Assembly: GCF_006345805.1 (NCBI RefSeq)
Contig: NC_043008.1
Coordinates: forward strand, 14,012,001 to 14,076,000
From: Octopus sinensis
Taxonomy: Eukaryota
Direction: 5' to 3'
DNA length: 64,000 bases
Below the pieces are notes generated by a model that was not told the DNA's origin, searched no databases, and worked only from the letters and a program-made list of their open reading frames with translations. Made by a program: the position numbers and the translations under genes. This document shows positions 1 through 13,397 of the stretch, one piece after another (position 1 is the stretch's first letter; the number at the start of each line of letters is the position of its first letter).

Positions 1-15
1 TCCACAAAGCCACGG

Positions 16-65
<50 letters not shown>

Positions 66-789
66 AGAGATAGATAGATAGATAGATAGATGCACAGAGT
101 GTGCATTATCTCTATATTACTTCACACACCTCTTCACCTTTTCTCTTAATGTATTCAACATCAGCATCATCGCTACACCGTCAAAGCCATCATGTCCTCC
201 ACATCATTTTAAAGATTGTACCGACATCTTGCGTATTACATCCTTATAATCATCGTTGCCACATCATTATAGCATCATCTGAATCATACTCATCATCATT
301 TGATTACACCCTCACCACAAACACTACACCAACGCCATCACCATCATGATAACCATCGACAACGTCAACATCATAAATATAATCGACATCATCATCATCG
401 GCAACATCATAACCATCATTACAATTATTAATCTCATTACGATCAACATCATTGTCATGCGTAGCGAACAGTCATTATTAGACTCTTATAGGAAATAGTT
501 AGAGACAAAATAAAGATAAAAGATATTGAGGATGGGCAATTACTTTGAGTGCAAAATTGTGTAACACAATTTGGAACATAAAAAAAAATTAATTCATTTT
601 TAATTGTAATCGTTATTTCAAGACTTGTTCTCAGTGTCGGTTTTATAGTCAGTAACGAGAGGAAAGATTCCAACAGTAAATGTTTGTTACCGCGATTTCG
701 AGTTTCTTGTCACCCCTTCACCAGTCACAGAGATCAAAATGCATTACAGCACTACTTCGAGCGGTTTATATATATATATATGTGTGTGG

Positions 790-1169
790 AAACACTTTGT
801 CGGTTACGCCGACGAGGGTTCCGGTTGATCCGAATCAACGGAACAGCCTGCTCGTGAAATTAACGTGCAAGTGGCTGAGCACTCCACAGACACGTGTACC
901 CTTAACGTAGTTCTCGGGGATATTCAGCGTGACACAGAGAGTGACAAGGCCGGCCCTTTGAAATACAGGTACAACAGAAACAGGAAGTAAGAGTGAGAGA
1001 AAGTTGTGGTGAAAGAGTACAGCAGGGATCACCACCATCCCCTGCCGGAGCCTCGTGGAGCTTTAGGTGTTTTCGCTCAATAAACACTCACAACGCCCGG
1101 TCTGGGAATCAAAACCGCGATCCTACGACCGCGTGTCCGCTGCCCTAACCACTGGGCCATTGCGCCTCC
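790..1169 (-). mobile_element. tRNA-derived SINE, family A (full length)
   Basis: The minus strand begins GGAGGCGCAATGGCCCAGTGGTTAGGGCAGCGGAC...GGTTTTGATTCCC (pol III A and B boxes). The body is collinear with the copy at 4971-5268. Confidence 0.85.
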
Positions 1170-1248
1170 GTTTATATATATGATATTATGTACGAATAGA
1201 TATTCTGTTCCTTCAGGGTAACAATACACAGCGTTTAATAATATCAGT

Positions 1249-1890
1249 GACCTAAGAGTAATTGTTGACAACGATCTCATCCGAAGTGTTCCCATCAACA
1301 ATAAAGTCGATATAGCTCGTAAGATGAGCTCCTGGATCCTAAGAACCTTCCGCTCTAGACAAAAAGATGTCCTCATGACACTTTTCTCCTGTTTTCTCCT
1401 CCATTATACGGCCAGTCCTCGAATACTGCTGCCCTCTGTGGTCTTCTCACACAAAACAAAGTATTTAGAAAATTGAATCATCGCTAAAAGAATTAAGGGC
1501 TTCACTGATCACGATTATCAGGACCGCCTTAAAACACTGTAACATTATTTTCTCCAGTGCCAGTGTGAACGTTACATCATTTGCACAATGTGGCGAATAT
1601 AACACCTGCTTTGCTAATATGACCTCAACATTAGTTTCAGTACTCAACCAAGGCTAAGACCATGGGCCATACGCCCCTTCTACAATTCAGAATCACAACA
1701 CATGAATATAGAGCAACACAATTTCTTTTCTTCAGCATGCTCTGCCCTACTTAACATTGTCCTGAAACGGGATCTGGACACATTTCTTCAAGGGATACCG
1801 GATAAGCTACTTATACCTGGATGCAGTTCACTCAAGAAGACCCCCCTACTTGAATGGGCCATGGTACCACAAAACTTGACTTACAAAGGA
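1249..1890 (+). mobile_element. Decayed CR1/L2-group LINE, RT C-terminal region
   Basis: Plus-strand translation with stops and shifts gives DLRVIVDNDL..KVDIARKMSSWILRTFRSR, RPVLEYCCPLWS, YQDRLKTL and DLDTFLQGIPD. These match the DLGV..D..L, RP.LEY...W and LD.FL..IPD motifs of CR1/L2 ORF2. Confidence 0.8.
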
Positions 1891-2061
1891 TTTAGCAAGT
1901 CCTATGATGTGGTGCTATTAAGTTAGACATGGCCAGGACCAATCTTTGGAAGAAACATATCTAAGTTTATCCAAGGTGTATATATGTATATATATATAAC
2001 ATTATTTAATTGTTTAATTATATTTTTTTAATAATTTTGTTATATATTTGAATAATATAAA

Positions 2062-2140
2062 TTAAATACTCTTATGTATTGGCTTGAGTTTTTCATTGTA
2101 TGATTTGCCTAATAGTGGTTTTGTCTCTAATTTAATAAAA
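2062..2140 (+). mobile_element. Family D (TA)n-embedded repeat, diverged short arm
   Basis: TATGTATTGG...GATTTGCCTAATAGTGGTTTTGTCTCTAAT matches 14075-14160, 14290-14460 and 32365-32428. Confidence 0.7.
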
Positions 2141-2148
2141 TATATATT

Positions 2149-2213
<65 letters not shown>

Positions 2214-2833
2214 TTGTGTGTGGTGTGTGTGTGTGTGTGTTTGTGTGTATGTGTGTGTGTATACGTATTTGTGTGTCTATTCGTATATGTATAGGAATGA
2301 CAATAAGTTTGGAACACAAAACAGAGCATATGATTTTTTTTATTAGACTAATTACTTTTATTAGACTAATTACAGACTTGCTCGCAAGCAGTATAGTGAT
2401 TATAACCCAACACAGAAAATAAAACAATAATATTTAACCAGTGATATAATTAATCTTACGCTTTGCCAAGTTTATCAACACCCGTTCTACCAAACATTTT
2501 CTATTTCAGTTGTAGTAATATAACTTTATTATTTGCGTTTTTTTCTTGGCTTTACGATACTCACAACATTTTGAAACATTTGTTTTTACGTTGACTGAAA
2601 TATTTTAATATTCTAACTATCGTGAAGACAGTGATATGTAACTAACAATGGGCAATATATGTTATCAGAGATTTACAGTATATTTCTGTAAAAACATTAT
2701 CAATGCCAAGGGCGTGCAGTTAAAAAGATCGCTTTGCACCTACGTTCTTTCATATTCAGACTTAAAGCGCGGTAACCTGGCTATAACAGCCCTGGGGCGA
2801 CCAAAACATTGTAAGTGAACTTGGTACATAACT

Positions 2834-2908
2834 CTGAAGAAGCCCGTAGTATATATGTATATATATATATAATATATATATATAATATATATATATATTA
2901 TATATGTA

Positions 2909-2946
<38 letters not shown>

Positions 2947-2948
2947 TA

Positions 2949-2984
<36 letters not shown>

Positions 2985-3204
2985 TGTATGTGTGTATATG
3001 TTTCTCTGTGTTTGTTCCCCAACATCACTTGACAACTGATGCTGATGTGTTTACGTCTCTGCAGCTTGGCAGTTCAGCAAAGAGACCGATAGAATAAGTA
3101 CTAGGCTTACAAAGAATAAGTCCTGGGGTCGATTTGCTCGATTAAAGGCGGTGCTCCAGTATGGCCACAGTCAAATGACTGAAACAAGTACAAGAGTAAA
3201 AGAG
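2834..3204 (+). mobile_element. SINE family B, 5'-truncated, with expanded central (TA)n/(TATG)n
   Basis: CTGAAGAAGCCCGTAGT is followed by the microsatellite and then the family 3' half, ending CAGTCAAATGACTGAAACAAGTACAAGAGTAAAAGAG. Confidence 0.85.
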
Positions 3205-3999
3205 TAACAAAGTATATGTACGTGTTTCAATTTGTTAGGTTGTACACTTGAATATGTTGCCTCAGCATGGCCGCAGTCTAATGATCGAAGCGATTAAAAG
3301 AAGATGCAATAAAAAGTGTGCAATTCTACGTTCCTCGCATTTGAATTTCAGTTACTTTTACATATTTTGGCATTTTGTGATGTTAGTTTATATCTGAAGG
3401 ATATTTTAACACGTGAATATTTACTGGCCAAATAGCTTTTAATTGCAGATAACTTAATATTGAATTGGGTGAGATATATGCTACAGTTATCATAGAATCT
3501 TGTGCATATAACAAGCGAATTTAAAACCACTTCATCACAGTACGAGTATCTTCTTCATGTTAAAGTTGTCTCTCATTTGAATGTTTATCTACTTGCCAAG
3601 CTATACAAATAATTGAGGATACAACAGCATAACATAAGTGGGTTCATTTGTAAGTTGTTACAAGTCTGTTACCATGCTAATCTTCATTATGACATAACGC
3701 ATTTAATTTTGAAACCTTCCGTTTATGCGTGGGTGGGCACAGACGATCGCTGTGTTTTCCTTTAACATAATGATTACGTAATGAATTAGCCTAAACTAGC
3801 CATGTATGTTGTGAACAATTTCATATTAAAAGTCTATAGTAAAGAGAAAAATAAATGATAAGTATGAATGTGTGTATATATGCGTGAGTGTGTGAGATTT
3901 TTGTCTCTGTAAGTATATGTGTGCGAGCATGCGTTTCTATGCGTGTGAGTGTATGTGTTTCTGTGTGTGTGCGTATGTAAATGTGTGGAGAGAGACGGA

Positions 4000-4450
4000 T
4001 TAATAAATAGATAGATAGTTAGATAGATAGGTAGGTAGGTAGGTAGGTAGGTAGGTAGATAGGTAGGTAGGTAGGTAGGTAGGTAGGTAGGTACGTAGGT
4101 AGGTAGGTAGGTAGGTAGGTAGGTAGAGAGAGAGATATATATATGGATGGATGGATGGATGGGTTGATGGATGTATGGATGGATGGACTATTATATTTAT
4201 ATATATATATATATAATTTGTGCGTGTGTGCGTACGAATGCATCTATCTGTGTGCGAGTGTATCAGCATATAAACATACATACATGCATACATACTTACA
4301 TATACACATATATAATATATAATAGAAAATATAATATATATATATGTGTGTGTGTGTGTGTATGTGTGTGTACATATGTATGTAAGTATGTAAGATGTGT
4401 ATGAATATTTATTTGATGGTATACACTTACACACGAACAGATGCATGCGT
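4000..4450. repeat. Compound microsatellite (GATA)n/(GGTA)n/(GGAT)n/(TA)n/(TG)n
   Basis: Read directly from the sequence. Confidence 0.95.
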
Positions 4451-4970
4451 ACACAAACACACACATACAAACTTATATATGACGCGATAGCGTCTACGAA
4501 TGTGTTGATATATGTGTGAGTTCATAATTTTATGTATACCTGTATTATTTCATTAATAATAAATGCGGTATTGAAAAGTTTTCACACCACATTTAACTCT
4601 TGAATTAAAGCTTAAAATATTGATGAAAATTCCTACATTTACTATAGAAATGGCACAATTTTTGTTTTTCAGTTCCGATTCTATTTGAAAGAAATATACA
4701 TTAGTTTTCCTATAAGCTATGGTAAATTTTAATTAATAATCCTTTAGAAAAACCAAGGAAAAAATGAGTGTCAGAATTTCCGAAAAATTTTAATAATGTC
4801 AAATATAATTTCGTTTTGTTTCGGAGTAAATTATATTATTATTATTAACATATGTTTTAATGCTAGATTTCACAGTGTTCTGTTTTAGATATGTGACGAC
4901 ATCCTTTTGTTTGCAAGAGGTGTTAGAATGAATTATTCCACATTTACAATACACATATACACACACATGT

Positions 4971-5268
4971 GGAGACGCAAAGGCCCATTGTTTAGGGCAG
5001 CGGACTCGCGATCGCAGGATCGTGGTTTCGATTCCCAGACAGCGCGTTGTGAGTGTTTAGTACGCGAAAACACCTAGAGCTCCACGAGACACAGGTAAGG
5101 GGTGGTGGCGAACCCTGCGGTACTCTTACACCACAGATTGCTCTCATTCTTTCTTCTTGTATCTGTTGTACCTGAATTTGAAAGGGCCAGCCTTGTCACA
5201 CTCTGTGTCACGTTGAATCTCCCCGAGAACTACGTTAAGGGTACACGTGTCTGTGGAGTGGTCAGAAA
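4971..5268 (+). mobile_element. tRNA-derived SINE, family A (3'-truncated)
   Basis: The head is GGAGACGCAAAGGCCCATTGTTTAGGGCAGCGGACTCGCGATCGCAGGATCGTGGTTTCGATTCCC. The body matches the reverse complement of 790-1169. Confidence 0.85.
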
Positions 5269-5331
5269 ACAACTGTCAAATATTAATAGTGGATTAATGA
5301 AACGGAATGTTGTGAAAATTATTTCGTATCG

Positions 5332-5570
5332 ATTCTCTTTTATCTCTTTAATCTTTTACCTGTTTCAGTCATTTGACTGTGGCCTTACTGGAGCAATACA
5401 TTTAGTCGAACGTATGGACCCCAGAACTTATTCTTTGTAAGTCTAATACTTGTTCTATCGATCTCTTTTGCCGAACAGCTAGATAACGCGAAGGTAAACA
5501 CACCAGCATCGGTTGTCACGCGATAGTGGGAGGGTGGACAAACACAGGCACACAAACGTACAGACACACA
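5332..5570 (-). mobile_element. SINE family B, 3' half
   Basis: Reverse complement of the family B tail (TTTTACCTGTTTCAGTCATTTGACTGTGGCC...AAACACACCAGCATCGGTTGTC). Confidence 0.8.
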
Positions 5571-5885
5571 TATTTACTTTTGTTTTAAAGTGAGAGGAGA
5601 AGGTGAAAGATGTATCAAGGTATATATGAAATTGACTTGTGTGTGTGTGTATGCGTGAGAGACAGAGAGAGGTTGAGAGATAGATTGATGAGAGAGAGAG
5701 TGAGCGCCACTTAAACATACATGATAACACACACATTCACTCACTCACTCTCTTTTTCTCTGTTTCTCTCACGCACACACGCACGCGTACATACAAAAAA
5801 GATGTAGGCATATGTATTCATGCATATACGTATACATGATAACACACCCCTTTACTCACTCACTTTTTCTCTCTCTTTCTCTCTT

Positions 5886-5926
<41 letters not shown>

Positions 5927-6039
5927 ATCTTTTTCTCACATACACGGTCATTTCATATACCCGTACATACATCTTTCACTTTCTATTCTCCTTCACTTTA
6001 AAACAAAAGTAAATAAAAAAAAAATTTTTTACGGAAATT

Positions 6040-6100
6040 AACGAACACCAGCTGACAGTTCTGCAAGGCAAAACGAAAGATGGCGCACAAATTCATTAAC
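6040..6100 (+). promoter_or_regulatory. Candidate promoter/TSS region with YY1-type AAGATGGCG motif
   Basis: AAGATGGCG at 6077-6085 lies in unique, repeat-free sequence. Downstream there are splice-like sites (TTTACTTTCAG| at 6391; GCG|GTGAGG near 6908). There is no expression evidence. Confidence 0.25.
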
Positions 6101-7574
6101 GTAAATTATTTCATATATCATCTTCTTCTTCGATATGAGCTTCTACTACTGCGCGTGTGTAGATGTCTTAACCATGTTAGTGAGACTTTTGAGTTATGGT
6201 GTGGCTGATTTTTTTTTTATCAATTTTTATTACGAAACGTTTTGGTTTTGTTTGTGAAATATTGGCTAAATAAATTTGTCACAATTAACATTTTTTTTTT
6301 ATTAATTATTGGTCTACACGGGTTTATTCCCATGTCTGCTCTGTGTGTGTGCGTGCGTGCGTGTGTGGATGACCGTAATATTTACTTTCAGGACTGTTGA
6401 GTTTCGAGATTTGTTTGTATGATACATCTGCTGTAATACACTGATTTATTTTTTGACTGTTTTTAACGGTGATTCTTTAGTTTCGTTAATTGGTTGTTCA
6501 GAAGCAAACGAACCATGTGAATTCTAATTTTTTGTTGCGGCAGATTTTGTCTCTTATACTTTGCATTTCGTTGTCTAGTTGTACTCGTCTAAAGTACGTG
6601 CTCTGAATATTGCATGGATTATTATATTTCTCTGCGGCAATGGTTTGGAATGTGAACTCATTTGTTGCCAGTGTATCATTGCATCATGTATTAATTATGT
6701 ATGATTAGGAGTAATATTCTTTTATACGATAGGAATAATGTTGAGTGTGTAATGTATAGGTCTGTTTTATACATGGTTGAATCTATTTAGCATCTTTCGC
6801 ATTAGTGCAATATTACTAATGAATGATTATGAAAATCAGAGACTCTCAGGTTCTCAGCGTGTGCTGTACAGCCGCCGAGGGGACGCTATGCGTTAGAGTT
6901 TAAGAGGCGGTGAGGGGTGATGATATAACATAAATAACAAAATACCTGTAGTAGTAATCATATTATACATGATAAAACGGGTAATGGTTATTAAAATAAA
7001 ATGAGAGATAAGAAGTGAACTACTATTTCTAGCAACACACTTTTATCTCGACCTGCTATAGAAAATTTCGTTATATCTCACCTGGAAAAAGAAGTCTTTA
7101 AATTGCCAGTTATAAAGTAAATTTACATCTTTTGTCTGTATTGAATATTTTTATCATTTCACTTTTAAAAGGTTCTAGAACCGTTCTTTTTAATCAAACT
7201 TTATAAATTATCATCCGTCTTAAGCTAGATTCTTCGTGATACCTTACTCGCCACTTAGGTGGGCACTAAGCATAACAACTACTTAAAAAAGAATGCTACA
7301 AAAGAAAAATAAAGGCTAAGAAACACTGATTTAGAGAGAGTATTGTGTGAACTAAGCGGAAAGGTACTGAAAGCGTTGACTTACTGAAATGAAAGCGCAT
7401 TATGTAAGAGGTGTGACGTGTCTACCATGATTTTATTGTGAGCGAACGCAAGTCGTGGCATATATTTCATGTTCTCGCTCAAGTTCATTGGCATCGTGCA
7501 CATATCACAAATTATTGTTAGTATTCATTATACCATTGTACTGCAGCAAAAGATCACACCACACACTCACATGC

Positions 7575-7713
7575 GACAACGGTCCAAGATGATATAATTC
7601 AATCCTACTGCGTGGCGCCTTGAGCAAGTGTCTTCTACTATAGCGTCGGCCCGACCAAAGCCTTGTGAGTGGATTTGGAAGATGGAATCTAAAAGAAGCA
7701 CGTTGTATATATG

Positions 7714-7759
<46 letters not shown>

Positions 7760-7980
7760 TGTGTATGTTTGTGTGTCTTTGCTGGTCCCCCCCCCAACAT
7801 CGCTTGACAACCGATGCTGGTGTGTTTATGTACCCGTAACTTAGCGGTTCGGCAAAAGACACCGATAGAATAAGTACTAGGCTTACAAAGAATAAGTCCT
7901 GGGGTCGATTTGCTCGACTAAAAGTGGTGCTCCAGCACGGCCGCAGTCAAATGACTGAAACACGTAACAGAGGTAAAGAG
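7575..7980 (+). mobile_element. SINE family B, near full length
   Basis: Contains CCTTGAGCAAGTGTCTTCTACTATAGC...GCCTTGTGAGTGGATTTGG, the central (TA)n(TG)n tract and the conserved tail. Confidence 0.9.
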
Positions 7981-8469
7981 AATAAAATAGTATTAACTTA
8001 TGTTCTTTTCTCTATAACTAGAAATATTTATATTTCTAGTTAGCGTATCAATACCCCATGCATTACAAATATTAGTACTAAATTATGTACCAAAGAGTTT
8101 AATTTGCGAAGTTACACCTGACTATTATATGGAATAATAGAATTAAATCAATGACGGAGAGGTAGAGGGATTTTGCTCTGCGCTTCCGAGAGAATGATAT
8201 TGTTTGGTTGAGATATTTATTGTACAGTTCATTTAATGACAGTCAGCCTGAACAGCCAATCAAATTAATACAGTCAGTGAATACATATCATATAATGTGA
8301 CACAGAAGTAGTATGATTTACTAAAATACTGAACCCAATACATATGCATATATCTGTTTACAGTTATTGATATTTACATAGTTGTCTATATCTACTAATC
8401 TATCTCTCTCTCTATCTACCTATCTATTTATATATCTATCAATTAGCTATCAATCTACTAATCTATCTA

Positions 8470-8470
8470 G

Positions 8471-8515
<45 letters not shown>

Positions 8516-8568
8516 TACTATAATAGCTTATCTATTTATATATATATATAAACATATATATATGCATG

Positions 8569-8665
<97 letters not shown>

Positions 8666-8690
8666 TATATATATATATATCATATATAAT
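8470..8690. repeat. (TA)n microsatellite
   Basis: Read directly from the sequence. Confidence 0.95.
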
Positions 8691-9252
8691 GTATGTGTTA
8701 ATAAATCCTGATGCTTATATACCGCACATACGTACATTAATACATGTACGCTTGAATTGATATCTATATATATGATTTTGTGTGTCTGACTGCGTATTTG
8801 TCTATATCTTGAAAGCAATTACTATAATAGCTTATCTGGAGATATGACCATCTACACCATTATTATATATGTGTTTACTTCGATTTAGTATGTACGTTCA
8901 CCAGGATTTTTTATACGTATTATCGACAAGTAATTCATGCAACAGAATTAGACCTACTTTCACTGCACATATTGTTTATCCTTGTCTGATTTTGTCTCAT
9001 TTATTGTCAGGATATCAAAGTAATAGACACACAGACAATAAAGAAAATAAAAAACTAAACATTGAAATATTACCTAAAAGTAAATAATTAAATGTAGAAA
9101 TAATACCGCCAAATTATATTATATCTGCTTCAAAAATCAATTATAATATTGCATTTTGAGTGCCTTATTAATGTATTTTGCCATATATTGATCCAAACTG
9201 ACACCAACACTTTTAAAATGAAGATCATATGCCCTACTATATATATATATAT

Positions 9253-9846
9253 AAGGGCTAATGCAGTTTCGCACCTCTCCTCGCAAAATGCTTTTTTTGA
9301 AAATAATTTTTCGGAATCTTACGTTTTAGATAACGGAGATTACGAATATACAAAAGAAAAAAAAATGTATTTTATGAATAACTGGACCGGGATAAATAGA
9401 TAGTGAGATAAATAAAGAAATGGATTAAAAAGTTCAAAATTTAAAATTTGGAGAGGGGGTGAAATTTGAGCCCTATATTAAAATTTATAACATTAATTAT
9501 CAAACATTAATGTTTGTTTATCATAAAATGGTGTATATTTAATTTACGTTAAATTATTATTTATGATTATTTAAGGCAAATACAAGTAAAACGCAAATTC
9601 TTTTCACTCTAATGATTTCGATTTGCATATGTTCATCAATTCGCTATGATCTCTTTAAAGTAAATAAAATCGAAAGTATAAATTGGGTGGGGGGAAGAGG
9701 TTGGCGGTGATTGTAATTATTATTTTATTTATTTATTATTATTTTTATGTATATTCGTAATCTCCAAAATCTAAAACGTAGGAATCCGAAAATACAAATT
9801 TCAAAAACAAAAAAAAAAAGGTGGCAAAATTGAATTAGCCCCCATA
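9253..9846. mobile_element. MITE-like element with about 100-bp diverged terminal inverted repeats
   Basis: 9253-9352 (AAGGGCTAATGCAGTTTCGCACC...TTTTCGGAATCTTACGTTTTAGATAACGGAGATTACGAATATAC) is the diverged reverse complement of 9748-9846. The interior is non-coding and the flanks are TA-rich. Confidence 0.75.
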
Positions 9847-10049
9847 TATCTACTTATGGGATGAGGCTGCTGTCGATGCTACTAAAACTATTATAATTAG
9901 TACTATCACCATTGCAACATCTAGTCCCAGAAAAATATGATATTGAAATCTGTTGTTGACCAACCTGCACGAATGATTTGTTTGTAGCAATCAAATGTGT
10001 GTTAGATACATTAGCTCGCTGTCTCCATCAAATCGCCGTTGCCTGAAAA

Positions 10050-10210
10050 ATATAGGTCTATCACACAGCAAGTGTCAAAGTGATTGTGTAGCAACGTGAG
10101 ATGAAGTGTTTTGCTCAAGAACAAAACGTAGCACCCGGTCCAGGTATTGAAACCAAGATCACGAGATCGTAAGCGCGACACACACACACACTACTAGGCC
10201 TAGCGCTCTC
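10050..10210 (-). mobile_element. tRNA-derived SINE, family F, diverged
   Basis: The minus strand GGTTTCAATACCTGGACCGGG...GTTCTTGAGCAAAACACTTCATCTCACGTTGC matches the 5' part of 32566-32829. Confidence 0.65.
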
Positions 10211-11077
10211 ACACAATCTCTGGTATTACTACTATTACTACTACAACCACTACTCTCTCACTTTCTTATGGTTTTTTTTTTTTTGCATATTTACACATAC
10301 ATATACACAAACTCACACGCACATACTCATAGTGAACTAAAAGGAGCAAATGGTTTCTGTCACGGATTACTGGCTTCTGAGTTCAAACTCAACGAATGTC
10401 ATCTTTACTTTCCATCCTCTTGAAGGCGATATCATAATGTACGAGGCCAACCCTGAGTTGTTATATTTGCGGAATTATTAATACTCTGCATTTTTTACGG
10501 CTTTAATTTAATTCTTCATTTAGGTAAACGAAATTCGGTGCCTGATTTAACACAACTAACTGACGCCTGGATTAATTTAGCAGAGTTCATTTTAATGCAA
10601 ACAATCAGATCAAGCATCCATATTGAGTAAACTTGATTCGCAAATCTCAGGCGGCCTGAAAATAAGATAAAGTGTAATCAACATTGACCATCTTCCCTGT
10701 AAAAACGGTTGAGACTTAAAACATCCTGTCTCGTACACACAGCACGAACTTTCTATCCTACACAATCTGTTTCCTTTTCATACATTTAAATAATCTCTCA
10801 CGCGATCATACTGAATCACACTTTTCCTTTCGTTTCCTCCCTCTCTTCCTCTCTCTCTCTCTCTCATTCTCTTATAATTTCAATAATTCCTCGCCGACAC
10901 ACTCTCTAACTCATGCACACTCCCATCATTTTTCTCATTCTCTATCTATCTTTCTTTCTCTCTCTGTCTCTCTTTTTCTGTTTTCCTTTCTCTCTATCTT
11001 CTACGTTTATATACGCATTTATAATCTATTTACAAACATTATTTTTGTGAGAACGAATGCTCGCATATGCATTTCCA

Positions 11078-11130
11078 GATCACAGATGAGTCTATAGCTG
11101 TTATGGCGAAACTTTATTGTCTGACGAATC
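11078..11130 (+). ncRNA. Decayed hammerhead ribozyme-like motif
   Basis: CAGATGA (U4>A) at 11083-11089, stem II GTC..ATA/TAT..GGC, GAAAC at 11108-11112, GUC at 11119-11121, and a 3-bp stem I TCA/TGA. Confidence 0.4.
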
Positions 11131-11384
11131 ATAAGGATAGCTACTTCATTAACTTTAGTGTAAGAAGTTACACAGACAGGTACTTTGGTTTAAGATAGGT
11201 CTTAGATAAAGGATTTTACCAGACATTTCTTTGACATACTTTTACAAAATTCAATCCTTTGTTGCTGAATATAACTGTCTCATGTTACTAATGACACGTG
11301 TCTCATGCGTTCTTAATCATTACTTTATAGATACGTTGATTTGATATTTAGTCATCAAGGAGATAGATAAATGGATATATAGAT

Positions 11385-11415
11385 TCCTAGATATACAGAT
11401 AGGCAGATAGACAGT

Positions 11416-11488
<73 letters not shown>

Positions 11489-11552
11489 GGATGGATAGAT
11501 AGATAGATAGATAGATGGATGGATGGATGGATGGATGGATAGATAGATAGAT

Positions 11553-11587
<35 letters not shown>

Positions 11588-11607
11588 TAGATAGATAGAT
11601 AGATAGT
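11385..11607. repeat. (GATA)n/(GGAT)n microsatellite
   Basis: Read directly from the sequence. Confidence 0.95.
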
Positions 11608-11974
11608 TAAGCACGCTATGATTTTCAATTCATGCAAATCTATGACAATTCTATTCAAAATACACAATAGGATAATGAAGGAGAATTAAAAGTTTTTAGA
11701 GCTACAGGTTTTGGCAACTATATAGATGTGATATTTTTTCCTTACATTGATTCCATAAAAAAGAACGCCGACACTGTAAAACAGTACTTACGGCGTTAAT
11801 TTGTGTTCGTGAATGATTTCAAAGAACATTTTTCACATATCATTACTTCCTTGTAGCTGTGTGTATATGCACACGCAGACATGTACATATATACTGGTAT
11901 ATATATGCGCGCACACGCACACACTGATTTTACTTATTTGATAGATTTAAAACTATTATTTTATACGATAGGAA

Positions 11975-12535
11975 CAAGGCCTGGAATTTTAGTGGAGTAA
12001 CCTAGTCGATTACATCGTCCCCAGTGCATAACTGGCAATATTTTAACCACCAAGAAAGAAAGAAAGGTAAAATCGACCTCGGTGAAGTTTGAATTCGGAT
12101 CGTTAAAACGGACAGATGCCTATTTCTTTACTGCCCAGAAGGGGCTACACATAGAAGGGACAAACAAGGACAGAAAAACGGATTAAGTCGATTATATCGA
12201 CCTCAGTGCGTAACTGGTACTTATTTAATCGACTCCGAAATGATGAAGGGCAAACTCGTCCTCGGTGGATTTGAACTCAGAACGTAGTGTCAGGCGAAAA
12301 AACTATGTCTTTACTACCCACAAGGGGCTAAACACAGACGGGACAAACAAGGACAGACAAACGGATTAAGTCGATTATATCAACCCCAGTGCGTAACTGG
12401 TACTTAACTTATCGACCGCGAAAGGATGAAAGGCAAAGTCGACCTCGGCGGAATTTGATCTCAGAACGTAGCGGCAGACAAAGTGCCGCTGTGCATTTTG
12501 CCCGGCGCGCTAACGATTCTGCCAGCTCGCTGTAA
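11975..12535 (-). mobile_element. SINE family C, three tandem body units
   Basis: Three successive reverse-complement copies of GAGTTCAAATTCCGCCGAGGTCGACTTTGCCTTTCATCCTTTCGGGGTCGATAAATTAAGTACCAGT. The tRNA-like head is at about 12480-12535. Confidence 0.85.
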
Positions 12536-13038
12536 TGATGATTTTTAAAAAAATATTAGTACAAGACTGCTCTAGAAGGATATCGAGGCGAATGCAGGTT
12601 TGTCGTATAATGTAAACAAAGATCCATATTAAACCTAAGGAATAATTCTAAAGCCCTTATGGTTTCACGTACACACAATTGTATTTAGAAAATATGATTG
12701 ATAATGGTTTGAATTTCTTATGGCGCCCTTTTTGGTAACCCTTTGATCTTTGACTTGAGTACCTATTTATCATCCGTCAGAGGGATCTGATTAAATCTCA
12801 TATGAAAGGTTTAAGGAATATGGCAGCAGGTCGTGAAAAAGTTCATTTCTTTAGTCTGCTGTTAGACTTCTCATAGTTCAAATTAAAATTTGTACGTATT
12901 TGAAATTTCAAATCTTTGGAAATGGGATGAAAACAAGGAGAAAATCAATACACAAATTTAATAGGATCTTTTTTTTTACTCTCACTCATATAGGCACATA
13001 CAAAATACACACACACATATACATATGTGTGTGAGTAA

Positions 13039-13092
<54 letters not shown>

Positions 13093-13142
13093 ATGTATAT
13101 ATATATATGTATATATATATATGTATATATATGTATATATAT

Positions 13143-13364
13143 GCATATTCTTTTATTCTTTTACTTGTCTCAGTCATGTGACTGCGGCCATCTTGCGGCA
13201 CTGTATTTAGTCGGACAAATCGAACCTAGAACATATTCTTTGTAAGCCAGGTACTTATTCTATCAGTCTATTTTTGCTAAGCTCCGGGAACGTAACACAC
13301 TAAGATCGGTTCTTAAGCGATGGTGAGGGGACAAACACAGACACACACGCAAACATATACATAC

Positions 13365-13397
<33 letters not shown>

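Noticed and set aside
6870-6890. CTCF-like site CCGCCGAGGGGACGCT
   Set aside because: It has several mismatches at core positions and is not distinguishable from chance.
7437-7482. TGAGCGA..TCGCTCA hairpin as a pre-miRNA
   Set aside because: There are only 7 contiguous pairs, and it matches no conserved bilaterian miRNA I recognise.
11975-12535. Regularly repeated units resembling a CRISPR array
   Set aside because: These are long tandem SINE bodies with no unique spacers, in a eukaryotic context with no cas genes.
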